Assembly (NCBI GenBank): GCA_964392305.1
Contig: CAYMPV010000008.1
Location: 1-64,000, forward strand
Direction of reading: 5' to 3'
Source of the DNA: an uncultured candidatus Brocadiaceae bacterium
GTDB lineage: Bacteria; Planctomycetota; UBA1135; UBA2386
DNA length: 64,000 bases
Notes under the pieces: model-generated
What the model saw: only the letters and a program-made list of their open reading frames with translations
The model's database searches: none
What the model was told of the DNA's origin: nothing
Part shown: positions 1 through 12,212 of the stretch, piece after piece
Numbering within the stretch: position 1 is the stretch's first letter
How the letters are laid out: every line of letters begins with the position of its first letter
Translations under genes and position numbers: made by a program

Positions 1-2
1 TG

Positions 3-249
3 AGGAATGCGCTGCGTTACGTCTTCGGCAACGGCAAGAAGCACGCGGCGGAAGGGCGCGAGATCACGGTCCCGCAGGCGATGGACACGTTCACGTCAGC
101 GCCGTGGTTCACGGGCTTCCGCGAGAGCATCCGGGTCTTGGGCATCGAAGCCATCGTTCGGCCGGTGGCCGACCCGGGCACGTGGATGCTGAGGGAAGGC
201 TGGCAGATCCACGGCCGGCTCAGCGTGCACGAGGTTCCGGTCACCGCGT
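3..249 (+). mobile_element. C-terminal fragment (about 82 aa, no start in window) of an IS200/IS605-type or REP-associated tyrosine-transposase-like protein
   Basis: Frame-3 translation RNALRYVFGNGKKHAAEGREITVPQAMDTFTSAPWFTGF... matches the Y(I/V)xxNPxKHG ... DWPxSS(F/Y) C-terminal signature of Y1/RAYT transposases. The ORF runs in from the window edge and stops at 247-249. Confidence 0.4.
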
Positions 250-966
250 GACGCGGCTGCTGTCGCGCATCATCTGCAGCGCCGCGTCCCGCATCCGCTT
301 GCCGTCCTCGGTCGTCATCTTCACCCCGTGCAGGCCGACGGCCGCGCGTTCGGTCAGGTAGCCGAGTCGCCGCAGTTGCGCGCGCCGTTCCTCGAGCGGC
401 AGTTGCGCATCGGCAGCCCCGGTGCACGCATCGAGCAGGGTCGGGCCATCTTGCAGTTGTCGATACTTGCCGCCCTCGGTCAGCGCGGCGTGGACCGCGG
501 CGAGCGATTCTGTGGCGTCACCGGCGAGCTCGGCGTCGTTCTGCGCGATGCCACGCAGCGTGATCAGCGCGTAGTTGCAGTGTTCGAGCAGCACGGCCAG
601 TGCCTTCATCCGGCCCGACTCGTCCGCGGCGGCGCCAGCGGCGGCGTCGATCGCGGTGGCGAACTGGTCGCCGTGGGAGCTACCCGGGTTCCTCGCGTCG
701 ACCGGCTGTCGCCCGGCCCAGGCGATCGAGCCGACCAGCAGTACGATCAGCAGCGCCGCTGCGGCGAGCAGTTGGCGGCTGACGAAGTGGCGCGGCGCCG
801 CGGTTTGCCCCACGGCGCGACGCACCCATGCTTCGATGAGTTCCGGGTGCAGCGGCGGTGCGGACTCGACCTCGGCGAGTTGTCGCTCGGCCTCCGCCAG
901 CGTGCGCGGATCCGTCAGCTGCCGCCGCAGCACGCGTTCGGCAACACGATTGGTGGAGTCAGGCAT
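241..966 (-). CDS. putative membrane anti-sigma factor (single TM helix, Ala-rich periplasmic part)
   Basis: Sits immediately downstream of the ECF sigma gene with an 8-nt overlap. Has a central hydrophobic helix LLAAAALLIVLLVGSIAWA. This is the typical sigma/anti-sigma operon arrangement. Confidence 0.5.
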   Translation of the reverse strand: MPDSTNRVAERVLRRQLTDPRTLAEAERQLAEVESAPPLHPELIEAWVRRAVGQTAAPRHFVSRQLLAAAALLIVLLVGSIAWAGRQPVDARNPGSSHGDQFATAIDAAAGAAADESGRMKALAVLLEHCNYALITLRGIAQNDAELAGDATESLAAVHAALTEGGKYRQLQDGPTLLDACTGAADAQLPLEERRAQLRRLGYLTERAAVGLHGVKMTTEDGKRMRDAALQMMRDSSRVTR

Positions 967-1657
967 GGTCCGCCCTGGGCTCGGAGGTGCGGTCGATGCC
1001 GGCTCGCTTGATGCGCCGCGAGATGTCGTGGCCGCGCCGGCGCAGGTTCTCGAGCAGCGTCTGCCGGGCCTCGCTGCGGGCGCGGTAGACGCTGCCCAGG
1101 GGGATCTGCAGCTGTGCGGCGATCTGCGTCGCCGAGGTCTCGTTGTCGGCGTCGATGTCGGCGAGGATCACTGCGCGTTGTTGATCGGGCAGCAGGAAGA
1201 TGCACGCGTACAGATCGGCGAGCAGATGGTCGCGGTCCAGTTCATGCTGGCTGGCGTCCGCCGCCGCGGGTTCGTCCTGCTCGAGTTCGTCGAGGAAGCG
1301 CAGCCCCAGCCGCTGCCTGCTGCGCAGCATGCGCAACGCGCAGTGGCGGGCGACCACCGTGATCCAGGCGCGCAGGCTGCCCAGCGACGGGTCGATGCGG
1401 CGGCGGTGGGTCCAGGCGCGGATGATGGTCAGACTCATCACCTCGTCGAGCGTCGAGGTGTCGAAGGCCTTGCCGAAGTCGAGTTGCAGGCGCGCGCGCA
1501 CCGTGGCGCCGTGGTCGCGCAGCAGGCGTCGCAGACCCTTGGCGTCGCCGTCGGCCAGGAGACGCAGCGTCCGCCGGTCACGCTTGTCGGTGCGCGTACC
1601 TCGAGGGTCTTCCTTCCTGATCACGACGGCCCCGTCACGGTAGCGGGTAGGCCTCAC
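959..1657 (-). CDS. ECF-type RNA polymerase sigma factor (sigma-70 family)
   Basis: Region 2 (IIRAWTHRRRIDPSLGSLRAWITVVARHCALRMLRSRQR) and region 4 HTH (LPDQQRAVILADIDADNETSATQIAAQLQIPLGSVYRARSEAR). Start uncertain; may be downstream of 1657 because it overlaps the glyA 3' end. Confidence 0.75.
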   Translation of the reverse strand: MRPTRYRDGAVVIRKEDPRGTRTDKRDRRTLRLLADGDAKGLRRLLRDHGATVRARLQLDFGKAFDTSTLDEVMSLTIIRAWTHRRRIDPSLGSLRAWITVVARHCALRMLRSRQRLGLRFLDELEQDEPAAADASQHELDRDHLLADLYACIFLLPDQQRAVILADIDADNETSATQIAAQLQIPLGSVYRARSEARQTLLENLRRRGHDISRRIKRAGIDRTSEPRADHA

Positions 1658-2874
1658 ACAGCTGATTCACGGTCGCCCGGAACGAGTCGGGGTCGCCGCC
1701 GCGCACCAGGCCGACGATGACGCGCGCCACGGCCTGGATCTCGTCGCGACCGAAGCCGCGCGTGGTCACGGCAGGGGTGCCCAGCCGCAGGCCCGAAGTG
1801 ACCATCGGTGGCCGCGGATCGTCGGGGATCGCGTTCTTGTTGACGGCCAGGCCGGCGGCGAGTGCGCGTTCCTCGACCTCGGCGCCGGTGACGTCGGCCT
1901 TGCGCAGATCGACGAGCACGATGTGGTTGTCGGTGCCACCGGTGACGATGTCGAGGCCGGCCTCGATCAGGCACTCGGCGAGCCAGACCGCGTTGTCCTT
2001 GACGCGCTGCTGGTAGGCCTTGAACTCGGGGCGCAACGCTTCGCCGAACGCCACGGCCTTGCCGGCGATCTGCTGCACCAGCGGTCCGCCCTGAGCGCCA
2101 GGGAACACCGCCGAACGGATCGCCTTGGCCGTTTCGGCCTTGGCCAGGATCATGCCGCCGCGCGGTCCGCGCAGGGTCTTGTGCGTGGTCATCGTCACCA
2201 CGTCGGCGATGCCGACCGGGCTGGGCACGACGCCGGCCGCGACCAGGCCGGCCGGGTGCGCGATGTCGGCCATCAGGGCGGCGCCGAACTCCTGGGCGAT
2301 CGCGGCGAAACCCGCGTAGTCGATGTTGCGTGCGTAGCTGCTGCCGCCGGCGATCAGCACCTTGGGTTGGTGCTCGCGCACGACCTTGCGCACGTCGTCG
2401 AGGTCGATGCGGCCGCTGCCGTCGACGCCGTACTGCCTGGCCGCGAACAGCATGCCCGAATGGCTGCGGTCGTGACCGTGGCTCAGGTGGCCACCGGCCT
2501 TGAGTGCCATGCCGACGATGCGACCGCCGGGGCCGGCCAGCGCGGTCAGTGCGGCGAGGTTGGCGGTCGTGCCGGAGTGCGGTTGCACGTTGGCCTCCTC
2601 GGCGCCGAACAGTTGCATCGCGCGGTGTCGGGCGAGCTCTTCGATGCCATCCGCCGCCTCGCAGCCGCCGTAGTAACGCCGGTTGGGGTAACCCTCGGCG
2701 TACTTGTCGGTGATCCGGCTGCCGCACGCTTCCCGCACCGCCGCCGAGCAGTGGTTCTCCGAAGCGATCATCGTCAGGGTGTTGGCCTGACGCCGATCCT
2801 CGCGCTGCAACCAGGCATGGACCTCGGCATCCTGCGTCTGCAGGGGACTGGGCGGTGTCTCGACGTGGCTCACG
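1635..2874 (-). CDS. glyA: serine hydroxymethyltransferase
   Basis: Strong SHMT signature: TMIASENHCSAAVREACGSRITDKYAEGYPNRRYYGGCE ... TTHKTLRGPRGGMIL. The ORF-track N-terminal extension to 3173 is probably spurious. A GTG at about 2874 precedes the conserved N-terminus. Confidence 0.9.
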
Positions 2875-3052
2875 CGGGGCACCTTAAGCGCCCCGAGCCA
2901 GTCGGGCCAGGGGGCGTTGTCGGTAGGGTGACGGCGGCAACGGCCTGCGTCGCCGAGGGATGCGGGCCGCAAAAAAGGCGTCGATCTCTGCCATGCGCCG
3001 GCTGGGTGGTGTTCAATCCGCGCCCCGGGTAGCGAACGGTCGGTGCGAGCGC

Positions 3053-5101
<2,049 letters not shown>

Positions 5102-5235
5102 CGGCCGCGCGGTCGTCGCGCCCGCGCGTCCGCGCAGGCGCGGCCCCCTGGTTCGCGTCGTCCGACGGGACGGCGCCGTTCGCGTCCGAATCTGAATCTG
5201 TCCGGATCTGAATCTACTGTCGTCCACTGATACTC

Positions 5236-6258
5236 ATGCACGCTGCAGTCTTCGTCGATTTCGAGAACCTGTTCCTGTCCCTCAAGAACCGCGAGGAGCT
5301 GACCGGTCAGCGCATCCGCGACCTGTGCCTGTCGATCCTCGAACACCTCAAGGCGCGCCTGCGCACCGACAACGCACCAATGGTGCTGGGTCGGTCCTAC
5401 GCGGCGTTCGACACCTACCCGGGTCTGGAGGTCGCGCACGATCTGGCCCTGATGGGCTTCGATCCGCAGTATGTGCTGGTCGGCCACGCGGGCAAGAACT
5501 CGGCCGACGTGCAGTTGGCGTGCGACGTCTGTCGCGTGCTCTACCGCCGGCCCGACATCGACGCGATCGTGATCGTCTCGGGCGACCGCGACTTCATCCC
5601 GATCGCGCGCCAGGTGCTCGAGGAGAACCGCGAACTGCGGGTCGTCGCGATCCCGGACAGCACCAGCGGCGACCTGCGCATGCGCGTCGGCGGCGATCGC
5701 TTCTGGAACGCGCTCGAACTGATCGGTGACGGTCATCTCGAGGTCAGGTCCGCCGACCACGCGGACGCGATCGGTGCGTTGCCCGTCGAGGTCGATGGTG
5801 TCGACGCGGCTGCGGCGATCGGGGCGGTCACGGCGGCGCGCAACGGCGACGGCCACGTCGATCACGCCGAGCACGAGGCCGCGAAGGGCCGCGCGGCGAT
5901 CGTCGGGCACATCCCGGTCACCTGGCGGACCGCCGCCGGGTTGCCAGCCGACGAAGGGTTGCAGGAGCGCCTCCTGCAGTGCATCGAACTGGTGCTCCGC
6001 GCCCAGGTCCGGCACGGCAGCAGCGAGGTCTGGCTGTCGCCGTTCCTCAAGGGGCCGATGAGCCAACACTTCAGCGGGCTGGTGCACCCCGAACGACGGG
6101 CCTTGGTCAACGAACTGCGGCAGCGCGGTGTCATTCGCATCGAGGAGCGCGAGAATCAGTACGCGGACCACCCCTACTCCGTCATCGTGCTCGACAACAC
6201 CCACCCGATGGTGCTGGCGGTCGTCGATCGCATGAAGCGCCGCGAAGAGAGCAAGTGA
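5236..6258 (+). CDS. NYN-domain (LabA-like) protein with C-terminal extension
   Basis: VFVDFENL ... NSADVQLACDV ... DAIVIVSGDRDFIPIARQV pattern of NYN/PIN-like nucleases. Confidence 0.7.
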   Translation: MHAAVFVDFENLFLSLKNREELTGQRIRDLCLSILEHLKARLRTDNAPMVLGRSYAAFDTYPGLEVAHDLALMGFDPQYVLVGHAGKNSADVQLACDVCRVLYRRPDIDAIVIVSGDRDFIPIARQVLEENRELRVVAIPDSTSGDLRMRVGGDRFWNALELIGDGHLEVRSADHADAIGALPVEVDGVDAAAAIGAVTAARNGDGHVDHAEHEAAKGRAAIVGHIPVTWRTAAGLPADEGLQERLLQCIELVLRAQVRHGSSEVWLSPFLKGPMSQHFSGLVHPERRALVNELRQRGVIRIEERENQYADHPYSVIVLDNTHPMVLAVVDRMKRREESK

Positions 6259-6262
6259 AGCG

Positions 6263-7438
6263 ATGAAGTCACGTCCCCGCGTTGTCCTCCCGGCCGCCAC
6301 CGTCGCCAGCCTGCTGGTCGCACCGGCAATGGCGCAGAGTTTCGTCGATCTCACCGAGGTGCGGCGGGCACCGCGCCCCTATTCGTCGGTGCTCGAGATC
6401 GAGGCCGGCGCGATCGGCACGATTGCGAGCGACGAGGACCTGACCGTCGGTCTCGAGAGCGACATCAGCTGGGACGGTCACCTCTACTATCGCGACGACG
6501 CGTTCGGGCAGGGGCGAAACCTGCTCGAAGGATACGCGGGACGCGACGGCATCTACCTCGGGCTCGCCGACGGTTCGCTGGTCGGCGATGACACCACCTC
6601 GCGCCTGGAGATCCGTGCACGCCCATGGCAGTTCTACCGCGACGGCTTCTATCGCGACGACAGCCTGGTGCCGAACGGCTTCTACGAGGGCAGCGACTAC
6701 GAGGCCTACGCCGGCTTCGGTCGTGAAGCGCAGCCCGGTCTCTACGTCGAGCTGGGGCCGTTCTATCGCAAGAGCAAGTTCTCCGAGTCGGACCTGACGA
6801 CGCCCGGCTTCGCCATTCCCGAGGACTACGATGCCTACGGCGCCCGCCTCTACCTCGAGCAGTCGAATCTGCAGATGGATCGCCAGCGCGGCATGCCGCA
6901 GGAGGGTTACGTGCTGACTCTCTGCGGCGAGCGGGAGTGGAACGACAGCAGCGGCAGCATCGGTAGCGCCGGCTTTGCCACCGAACTGCCGTCCGCGGTG
7001 TGGCGCGCCCGTGGCCGCCTCGAGTGGTACATCCCTTCTTCGGACGACGCCACCTGGGAAGTGTTCGCGCGCGGTGGTTGGCACGACGAGACCGATCGCG
7101 TGCAGAACTTCGAGGCGCAGCGCCCACTCGGTGATCGCTGGGGTGACGCGCAGGTCCGCCTGCGCATCAACTTTGGTGACACCGTGACCCTGGCGCCGTT
7201 CCTGCACGGGCAGTTCTCGCACGTGGACAGCGACGACCCGTCTGCGGACGAGAAGAAGTTCTTCTTCGGTGGCGGCGCGGACGCCTATCTGCATTTCAGC
7301 GACTCGATCTCCCTGCACGGTTACTACTCGTATCTCGACAACGAGAATCGGCCATCGATCCGAGTCGATCAGGATGTGCACGGTGAGCACATGTTCTTCC
7401 TCGGCATGCTGGTGAGGTTCGGCGCGCAGCGCCAGTGA
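6263..7438 (+). CDS. secreted Tyr/Asp-rich protein, possible outer-membrane beta-barrel
   Basis: Signal peptide MKSRPRVVLPAATVASLLVAPAMAQS. Alternating aromatic-rich segments and a C-terminal ...MLVRF. Starts 4 nt after the NYN gene stop. Confidence 0.5.
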   Translation: MKSRPRVVLPAATVASLLVAPAMAQSFVDLTEVRRAPRPYSSVLEIEAGAIGTIASDEDLTVGLESDISWDGHLYYRDDAFGQGRNLLEGYAGRDGIYLGLADGSLVGDDTTSRLEIRARPWQFYRDGFYRDDSLVPNGFYEGSDYEAYAGFGREAQPGLYVELGPFYRKSKFSESDLTTPGFAIPEDYDAYGARLYLEQSNLQMDRQRGMPQEGYVLTLCGEREWNDSSGSIGSAGFATELPSAVWRARGRLEWYIPSSDDATWEVFARGGWHDETDRVQNFEAQRPLGDRWGDAQVRLRINFGDTVTLAPFLHGQFSHVDSDDPSADEKKFFFGGGADAYLHFSDSISLHGYYSYLDNENRPSIRVDQDVHGEHMFFLGMLVRFGAQRQ

Positions 7439-7533
7439 TCGGCGCAGTCGCCGTTGGCACGGTGGCTTCGTCGACGGGTGGAAGGGCGCATCACGTCGGT
7501 TGACCGTGTGGGTCGATACCCACGCCGACGTCC

Positions 7534-10116
7534 GTGGCCAATCTCCCCGAAGAAGCTGATCGCCCCGCCTCCGTGCCGGCGGGAGCGCACATCGCCCTGA
7601 TCGGCCTGCGCGGGCGCTGGCGCGGCACGCCGGTGCTGGACGGGCTGTTGGCGGCGCTGCTGATCTGGCTGATCGTCGCGGCCGCGAACCACGGCTTTCG
7701 CGACTCGGCACATGCCGAGTTCCGGTCACAGATGATCGACGGCCTGCGGCGCGTCGGGCGCACGTCGGCCAGTCTGCTCGATCTGGCCGTGTTGGCGCGC
7801 ATCAGGGAGCCCGAACAGACCAACGACCCGGTCTTCGAGAGCCTCGCCCGGCCACTGCGTGCCGTGCGCGACGGCGCGGCAGACGTCAAGTACATCTACA
7901 CCTGCAAGGTCGTCGGTCGGGAACCCGACCTGCAGGTCGTCTTCCAGGTCGATTGCAGCGAGCCTGGTGACCACGACGGCGACGGCCGTGAGGATCAAGC
8001 GAGGGTCGGTGAGCAGTACGTCGATGCGCCACCGGAGTTGCTCGACGCATGGCGCACGGGTGAAGAACGTCACACCGAGCAGCCCTACAGCGACGAGTGG
8101 GGCACGTTCATGAGCTTGTTCTTGCCGGTCGTGGACGGGCACGGTGAGGTCGTCAGCGTCATCGGCGTCGACATGGACGTCGCGACCTACGAGGCGCGCA
8201 TGGCGGCGGTGGTGCGCGCGGCGGACAGCGGTCTCGTCATCGCCATGGTGGCCGGCCTGTGCGTCGGTTTCTGCGTGACCATGCTGCGGCGCAGCGGCCA
8301 ACGTTCGCTGCGCATGCGGCAGGCGGCGCAGGCCGAGCTGCGCGAGGCCAAGGAACGGGCCGAGCAGGCGAGTCTGCAGAAGAGCTCGTTCATCGACGAG
8401 TTGGTGCGCGGCCGTCAGCGGCTGCTGGCGGTCGCCAACGCCGTCTCCGAGAATTCAGGGCAGGACTTCCTCGGTCGCCTGACCGCTGCCATGGCGGTGT
8501 CACTGGGTGCCGACTTCGCGATGATCGCCGAGGTCGTCGAAGGGCGCCACGGCCGGTTGCGCAGCCTGACCAACTGGTACGAAGGCGCGTGCCTGCTGCG
8601 GTTCGAGTACGACACGGACGGCACGCCGTGCGCGCAGTCGCTGGCTGCCAACGAGCCGTTCGTGGTGCCGTTCGGCGTGCTCGAGCACTACCCCGAGGAC
8701 CGCATGTTCGCCGACTGGCGACTCGACGCCTACGCGGGCTGCGCGGTGCGCGACGCCGACGGCGTCGCGATCGGCCTGATCGTGGTTGCGAGCCGCCAGC
8801 CGTTCGTCGATGCCGAGGCGGTCAAGTCGCTGCTGCGCATCTACGCGACGCGCGCTGGGGCTGAGCTGGAACGGTTGCGTCACGAGGGAGAGTTGCGTTC
8901 GGCCAAGGAGCTGGCCGAGATCGCCAACCACAGCAAGACCGAGTTCCTGACCAACATGAGCCACGAGATCCGGACGCCGATGACGGCGATCCTGGGTTTC
9001 GCGGACCTGATCGCGGAAGACGTCGAGACCGGCGCTTCACGTTCGGCCTGGCAGGAACACCTGCGCACCATCCAGGCCAACGGCCGGGCGCTGTTGACGA
9101 TCCTCGACGATCTCCTGGACCTCTCGAAGATCGAGGCCGGCAAGATGCGCATCGAGAGCCTGCCGGTGCCGTGGGCAGCGGTCGTGCGCGAGGTCTGTGA
9201 CCTGCTGCGCCCGCGGGCCGCGGGCCGCGGTGTCGAGTTGCTGGTCGACATCGGCGATCCGCGAATGCCCCTACTGCAGACCGACCCGGTGCGCCTGCGG
9301 CAGATCCTGATGAACCTCGTCGGCAACGCAGTGAAGTTCACCGAGCGCGGTTGGGTGCGCGTGATGGTCTACAAGGAAGAGCGCGTCGGCGAAGAGGGTG
9401 AGTGGCTCGTGTTCGAGGTCGAGGACACCGGCATCGGCATGAACGAGGAGCAGTTGTCGCGGTTGTTCCGACCGTTCGAACAGGCGGACACCTCGGTGAC
9501 GCGACGGTTCGGCGGCACCGGGCTCGGTCTGCGCATCTGTCGACGGCTCGCGCGTCTGCTCGGCGGCCGCATCGACGTCGCCAGCACCCTCGACGAGGGC
9601 TCGACGTTCGTGCTGCGGCTGCCGGCGTTGGCCGCAACGATGCCCGACTTCCTGGATCCACGCCTGTTGGGAGTGCATGCCCAGAGTACCGAAGGTGCCC
9701 GGCCCGGCAATGCCGATCTCGACGGGGTGCGGGTGCTCGTCGTCGACGACGGCGCCGACAACCGTCGATTGCTCAGCGCCGTGCTCGAGCGTGCCGGTGC
9801 CGAAGTGGTAGCCGTTGCCGGGGCCACCGATGCCTACGCGCGGTTGCAGTCGCGCGCGGCGTTCGACGTCGTGCTCATGGACATGCAGATGCCGGACATC
9901 GACGGGTTGACCGCGGTGCGTGACCTGCGCGAACAGGGTTCGTCGATCCCGGTGATCGCGGTCACGGCCAACGCGATGAGCGAGGAACGCGAACGCTGCC
10001 TCGCCGCCGGTTGCGCCGGTTTCGCCAGCAAGCCCATCGATCGCCGCGAACTGGTGGCGATGATCGACCGGCTGGTCGCTCAGGGGCCGCGGAACAGCGG
10101 TTCCCACGACGAATAG
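7534..10116 (+). CDS. hybrid sensor histidine kinase/response regulator (periplasmic sensor, GAF, HisKA, HATPase_c, REC)
   Basis: Two TM helices flank a periplasmic domain. HisKA H-box HSKTEFLTNMSHEIRTPM, G-box GTGLGLRICRRL, C-terminal receiver VLVVDDGADNRRLL...VLMDMQMPDIDG. Confidence 0.85.
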   Translation: MANLPEEADRPASVPAGAHIALIGLRGRWRGTPVLDGLLAALLIWLIVAAANHGFRDSAHAEFRSQMIDGLRRVGRTSASLLDLAVLARIREPEQTNDPVFESLARPLRAVRDGAADVKYIYTCKVVGREPDLQVVFQVDCSEPGDHDGDGREDQARVGEQYVDAPPELLDAWRTGEERHTEQPYSDEWGTFMSLFLPVVDGHGEVVSVIGVDMDVATYEARMAAVVRAADSGLVIAMVAGLCVGFCVTMLRRSGQRSLRMRQAAQAELREAKERAEQASLQKSSFIDELVRGRQRLLAVANAVSENSGQDFLGRLTAAMAVSLGADFAMIAEVVEGRHGRLRSLTNWYEGACLLRFEYDTDGTPCAQSLAANEPFVVPFGVLEHYPEDRMFADWRLDAYAGCAVRDADGVAIGLIVVASRQPFVDAEAVKSLLRIYATRAGAELERLRHEGELRSAKELAEIANHSKTEFLTNMSHEIRTPMTAILGFADLIAEDVETGASRSAWQEHLRTIQANGRALLTILDDLLDLSKIEAGKMRIESLPVPWAAVVREVCDLLRPRAAGRGVELLVDIGDPRMPLLQTDPVRLRQILMNLVGNAVKFTERGWVRVMVYKEERVGEEGEWLVFEVEDTGIGMNEEQLSRLFRPFEQADTSVTRRFGGTGLGLRICRRLARLLGGRIDVASTLDEGSTFVLRLPALAATMPDFLDPRLLGVHAQSTEGARPGNADLDGVRVLVVDDGADNRRLLSAVLERAGAEVVAVAGATDAYARLQSRAAFDVVLMDMQMPDIDGLTAVRDLREQGSSIPVIAVTANAMSEERERCLAAGCAGFASKPIDRRELVAMIDRLVAQGPRNSGSHDE

Positions 10117-12212
10117 ACCGTCTCGGTGCGGCTGCTGCCGTCGTCGATCTCGGTCACGCAACGGAACGGCGCGCGCAGCCCGCCGGCGCTGCGGTAGTCG
10201 GACCAGCTCTCCTGCACGTGTGCGCGCAGCCCGCTCTCCAAGGTCTCCCAGACCTCGACCACACGCACCAGACGTGAGGTTGCATCGATGTGCACGCGAA
10301 GCCGTTCGAAGCCGGCGCCGACCGCTTCGAGCACGAGCACTTCGCGGCCGCCGATGTCGCGTTGTGCGATCGGTCGGAACTGCAGTTCGCCGCGGGCGTG
10401 CGCCGCGAGGAGGTTGATCGGATGACGGGCCTGCTCCCGCAAGATGCGCGTGGACTCGACCGAGTCCAGCGACACCCGTGTCTCGTCCAGCTTCTCCGAC
10501 GCGCCTTTGGCGGTGAGGTCGGTCGCGATCGTGCTGCCGAGGACCTGGCGCTGGCGCGACAGCTGGTCGGGAGCGCGCCATTCCAGCGTCTCCGACGTCG
10601 CTGCGACGCCGCCGACCCGACGTTCGAGGGTCGCGCGGCAGCCGTTGGTGCGGCGCAGCAGTTCGGCGCCGCCGATCGCCTCGAGTGACGGCGCGAGCCA
10701 CGGCACACCCGCGGCCGCCTGGGCCTGGGGCGGCGCGCCGACGAGTTTGGCGAGGGCGCCGGGCGGCAGCAGTTCGAAGCTGGTGACGGTGGTGAGTTCT
10801 TCGGGAGGTTTGCCGCCGAAGACGACCATCGCCGTCGGCAGCTCGAGGAAGGTGTCGATCGCCGTCGCCGCGCCGGCGCCGCCGTTGCTCGCGAGCTCGC
10901 CGAGCCGCTGCTCGACCGAGGGTTCGGTCGTGGGCCGCAGCACCTGTTCGACACGATCACGAAGGCGGGCCGTGTCGCCGGCGGTTCGCAGCCGTGTCGC
11001 CAGCGTGGCGCGGCGCAGTCCGAGTTCGAGCTCCGACGCGTTCGGTGGCGTGGCGCGAAGGGACTGGCGGGCTTCTTCCAGGACCTGCCACAGCACCATC
11101 GCTTCGGTCGGCGTGCAGCGGGTGGTCAGCACCAGTGAGGAGCTCTGCCCGACGTGCTGCCAGCGTGAACGGAACTGCAGGTGGCCCAGGCCGCGGTCGC
11201 GTTGCCGGAGTTCGAGGCGACCGCCGATGCCGTCGAGGGTGAGGCAGGCGAGCAGCACCATGGCGTCGGCTGAGCGCGGCTCGGCTGCGCTCGGCACGGG
11301 GATCACCAACGACGTCGAACCCAGTGCGTTGCCCTCCGAAGTGGCCCAGTAGATGCCGCTGCGATGCGGCCTGGCCGGCGGCGGCGGGGTCGGTTGCACG
11401 GGAACGGGGCGCCAACCCGCGGCGGTGACCAGGGCGTCCAGGGCCTGCCGCACGGCGGCGGTGTCGGCATCGGTCTCGACGCTGATGATGGTGCGGGTCG
11501 GCACGCACTGCGTGGCGAGGAACTGGCGCACTTCGCTGGCGTCGCGGTCGAGCAGGTTGGCGACGTAGGCGCCGGTGCCGGAGTCACCGAGCATCACCGC
11601 ACGGGCCGCGGCCGCCTCCGGTTCGCCCCAGATCTCGCGGCTGCGGGCATCGAGGTACTCGTCGCGCAGCCGTTCGATCTGGGTTCGCGATTCGGCCGGA
11701 TCGCGCATCGCCGCGAGCATCGCGGCAGCCACGTCCTGCCAGTTGCGGGCCGGTGCCCGCACCGTGAGCCAGATACCGGTCGGACCGACGTCGACGTCGA
11801 GGATGCCGCCGAGTTCGCCGACGCGCTGCCGCAGGCTGCGCCGGCCGCTGCTGGCGTCGCTGCCGGCCACCAGGGTCTCGGCCGCAAGCTCGGCGACCCC
11901 CGGGCGCGCTTCGTCGGCGCCGGCGCGCACGTACACCTGCACCAGGCTTTGCCCTTCGCGCATGCCGGGCAGGGCGATGGCGGTGACGCCGTTGGCGTGC
12001 TGCGTCTGCAGGGCGCCGTTCTTCGCCGGCGGCGGTGCGAGTTCGGGGCCAGCGGCGGTGGTGGGCTGCGTCGCGATCGGCTGCGTCGCTTCCGGCGCGG
12101 CTGGTCGGGGCGGCGTGGGGCCGGGCGGGCTGCCGGCGCAGCCGCCGAACAGCACTGCGAACAGTACGGCTGCGACGAGTTCGCTCGTCGCCACGGCAGG
12201 TGTTCTCATCGG
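10080..12212 (-). CDS. lipoprotein, inactive M16 (pitrilysin) peptidase homologue fused to a C-terminal extra domain of about 250 aa
   Basis: Lipobox LFGGC after the internal Met. M16 fold but no HxxEH zinc motif. The C-terminal 250 aa (…RVHIDATSRLVRVVEVWETL…) looks like a separate LolA-like/unknown domain. Confidence 0.6.
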   Translation of the reverse strand, partial: PMRTPAVATSELVAAVLFAVLFGGCAGSPPGPTPPRPAAPEATQPIATQPTTAAGPELAPPPAKNGALQTQHANGVTAIALPGMREGQSLVQVYVRAGADEARPGVAELAAETLVAGSDASSGRRSLRQRVGELGGILDVDVGPTGIWLTVRAPARNWQDVAAAMLAAMRDPAESRTQIERLRDEYLDARSREIWGEPEAAAARAVMLGDSGTGAYVANLLDRDASEVRQFLATQCVPTRTIISVETDADTAAVRQALDALVTAAGWRPVPVQPTPPPPARPHRSGIYWATSEGNALGSTSLVIPVPSAAEPRSADAMVLLACLTLDGIGGRLELRQRDRGLGHLQFRSRWQHVGQSSSLVLTTRCTPTEAMVLWQVLEEARQSLRATPPNASELELGLRRATLATRLRTAGDTARLRDRVEQVLRPTTEPSVEQRLGELASNGGAGAATAIDTFLELPTAMVVFGGKPPEELTTVTSFELLPPGALAKLVGAPPQAQAAAGVPWLAPSLEAIGGAELLRRTNGCRATLERRVGGVAATSETLEWRAPDQLSRQRQVLGSTIATDLTAKGASEKLDETRVSLDSVESTRILREQARHPINLLAAHARGELQFRPIAQRDIGGREVLVLEAVGAGFERLRVHIDATSRLVRVVEVWETLESGLRAHVQESWSDYRSAGGLRAPFRCVTEIDDGSSRTETVYSSWEPLFRGP

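Noticed and set aside
1654-2727. Long Arg/Gly/Pro-rich antisense or alternative-frame ORFs (e.g. 1654-2727, 6269-7729, 9271-10701, 14644-16611, 41700-43913, 61647-63746)
   Set aside because: Typical stop-codon-poor shadow frames in 70%-GC DNA. They overlap well-supported conserved genes. Their translations are low-complexity R/G/P/A-rich with no domain signatures.
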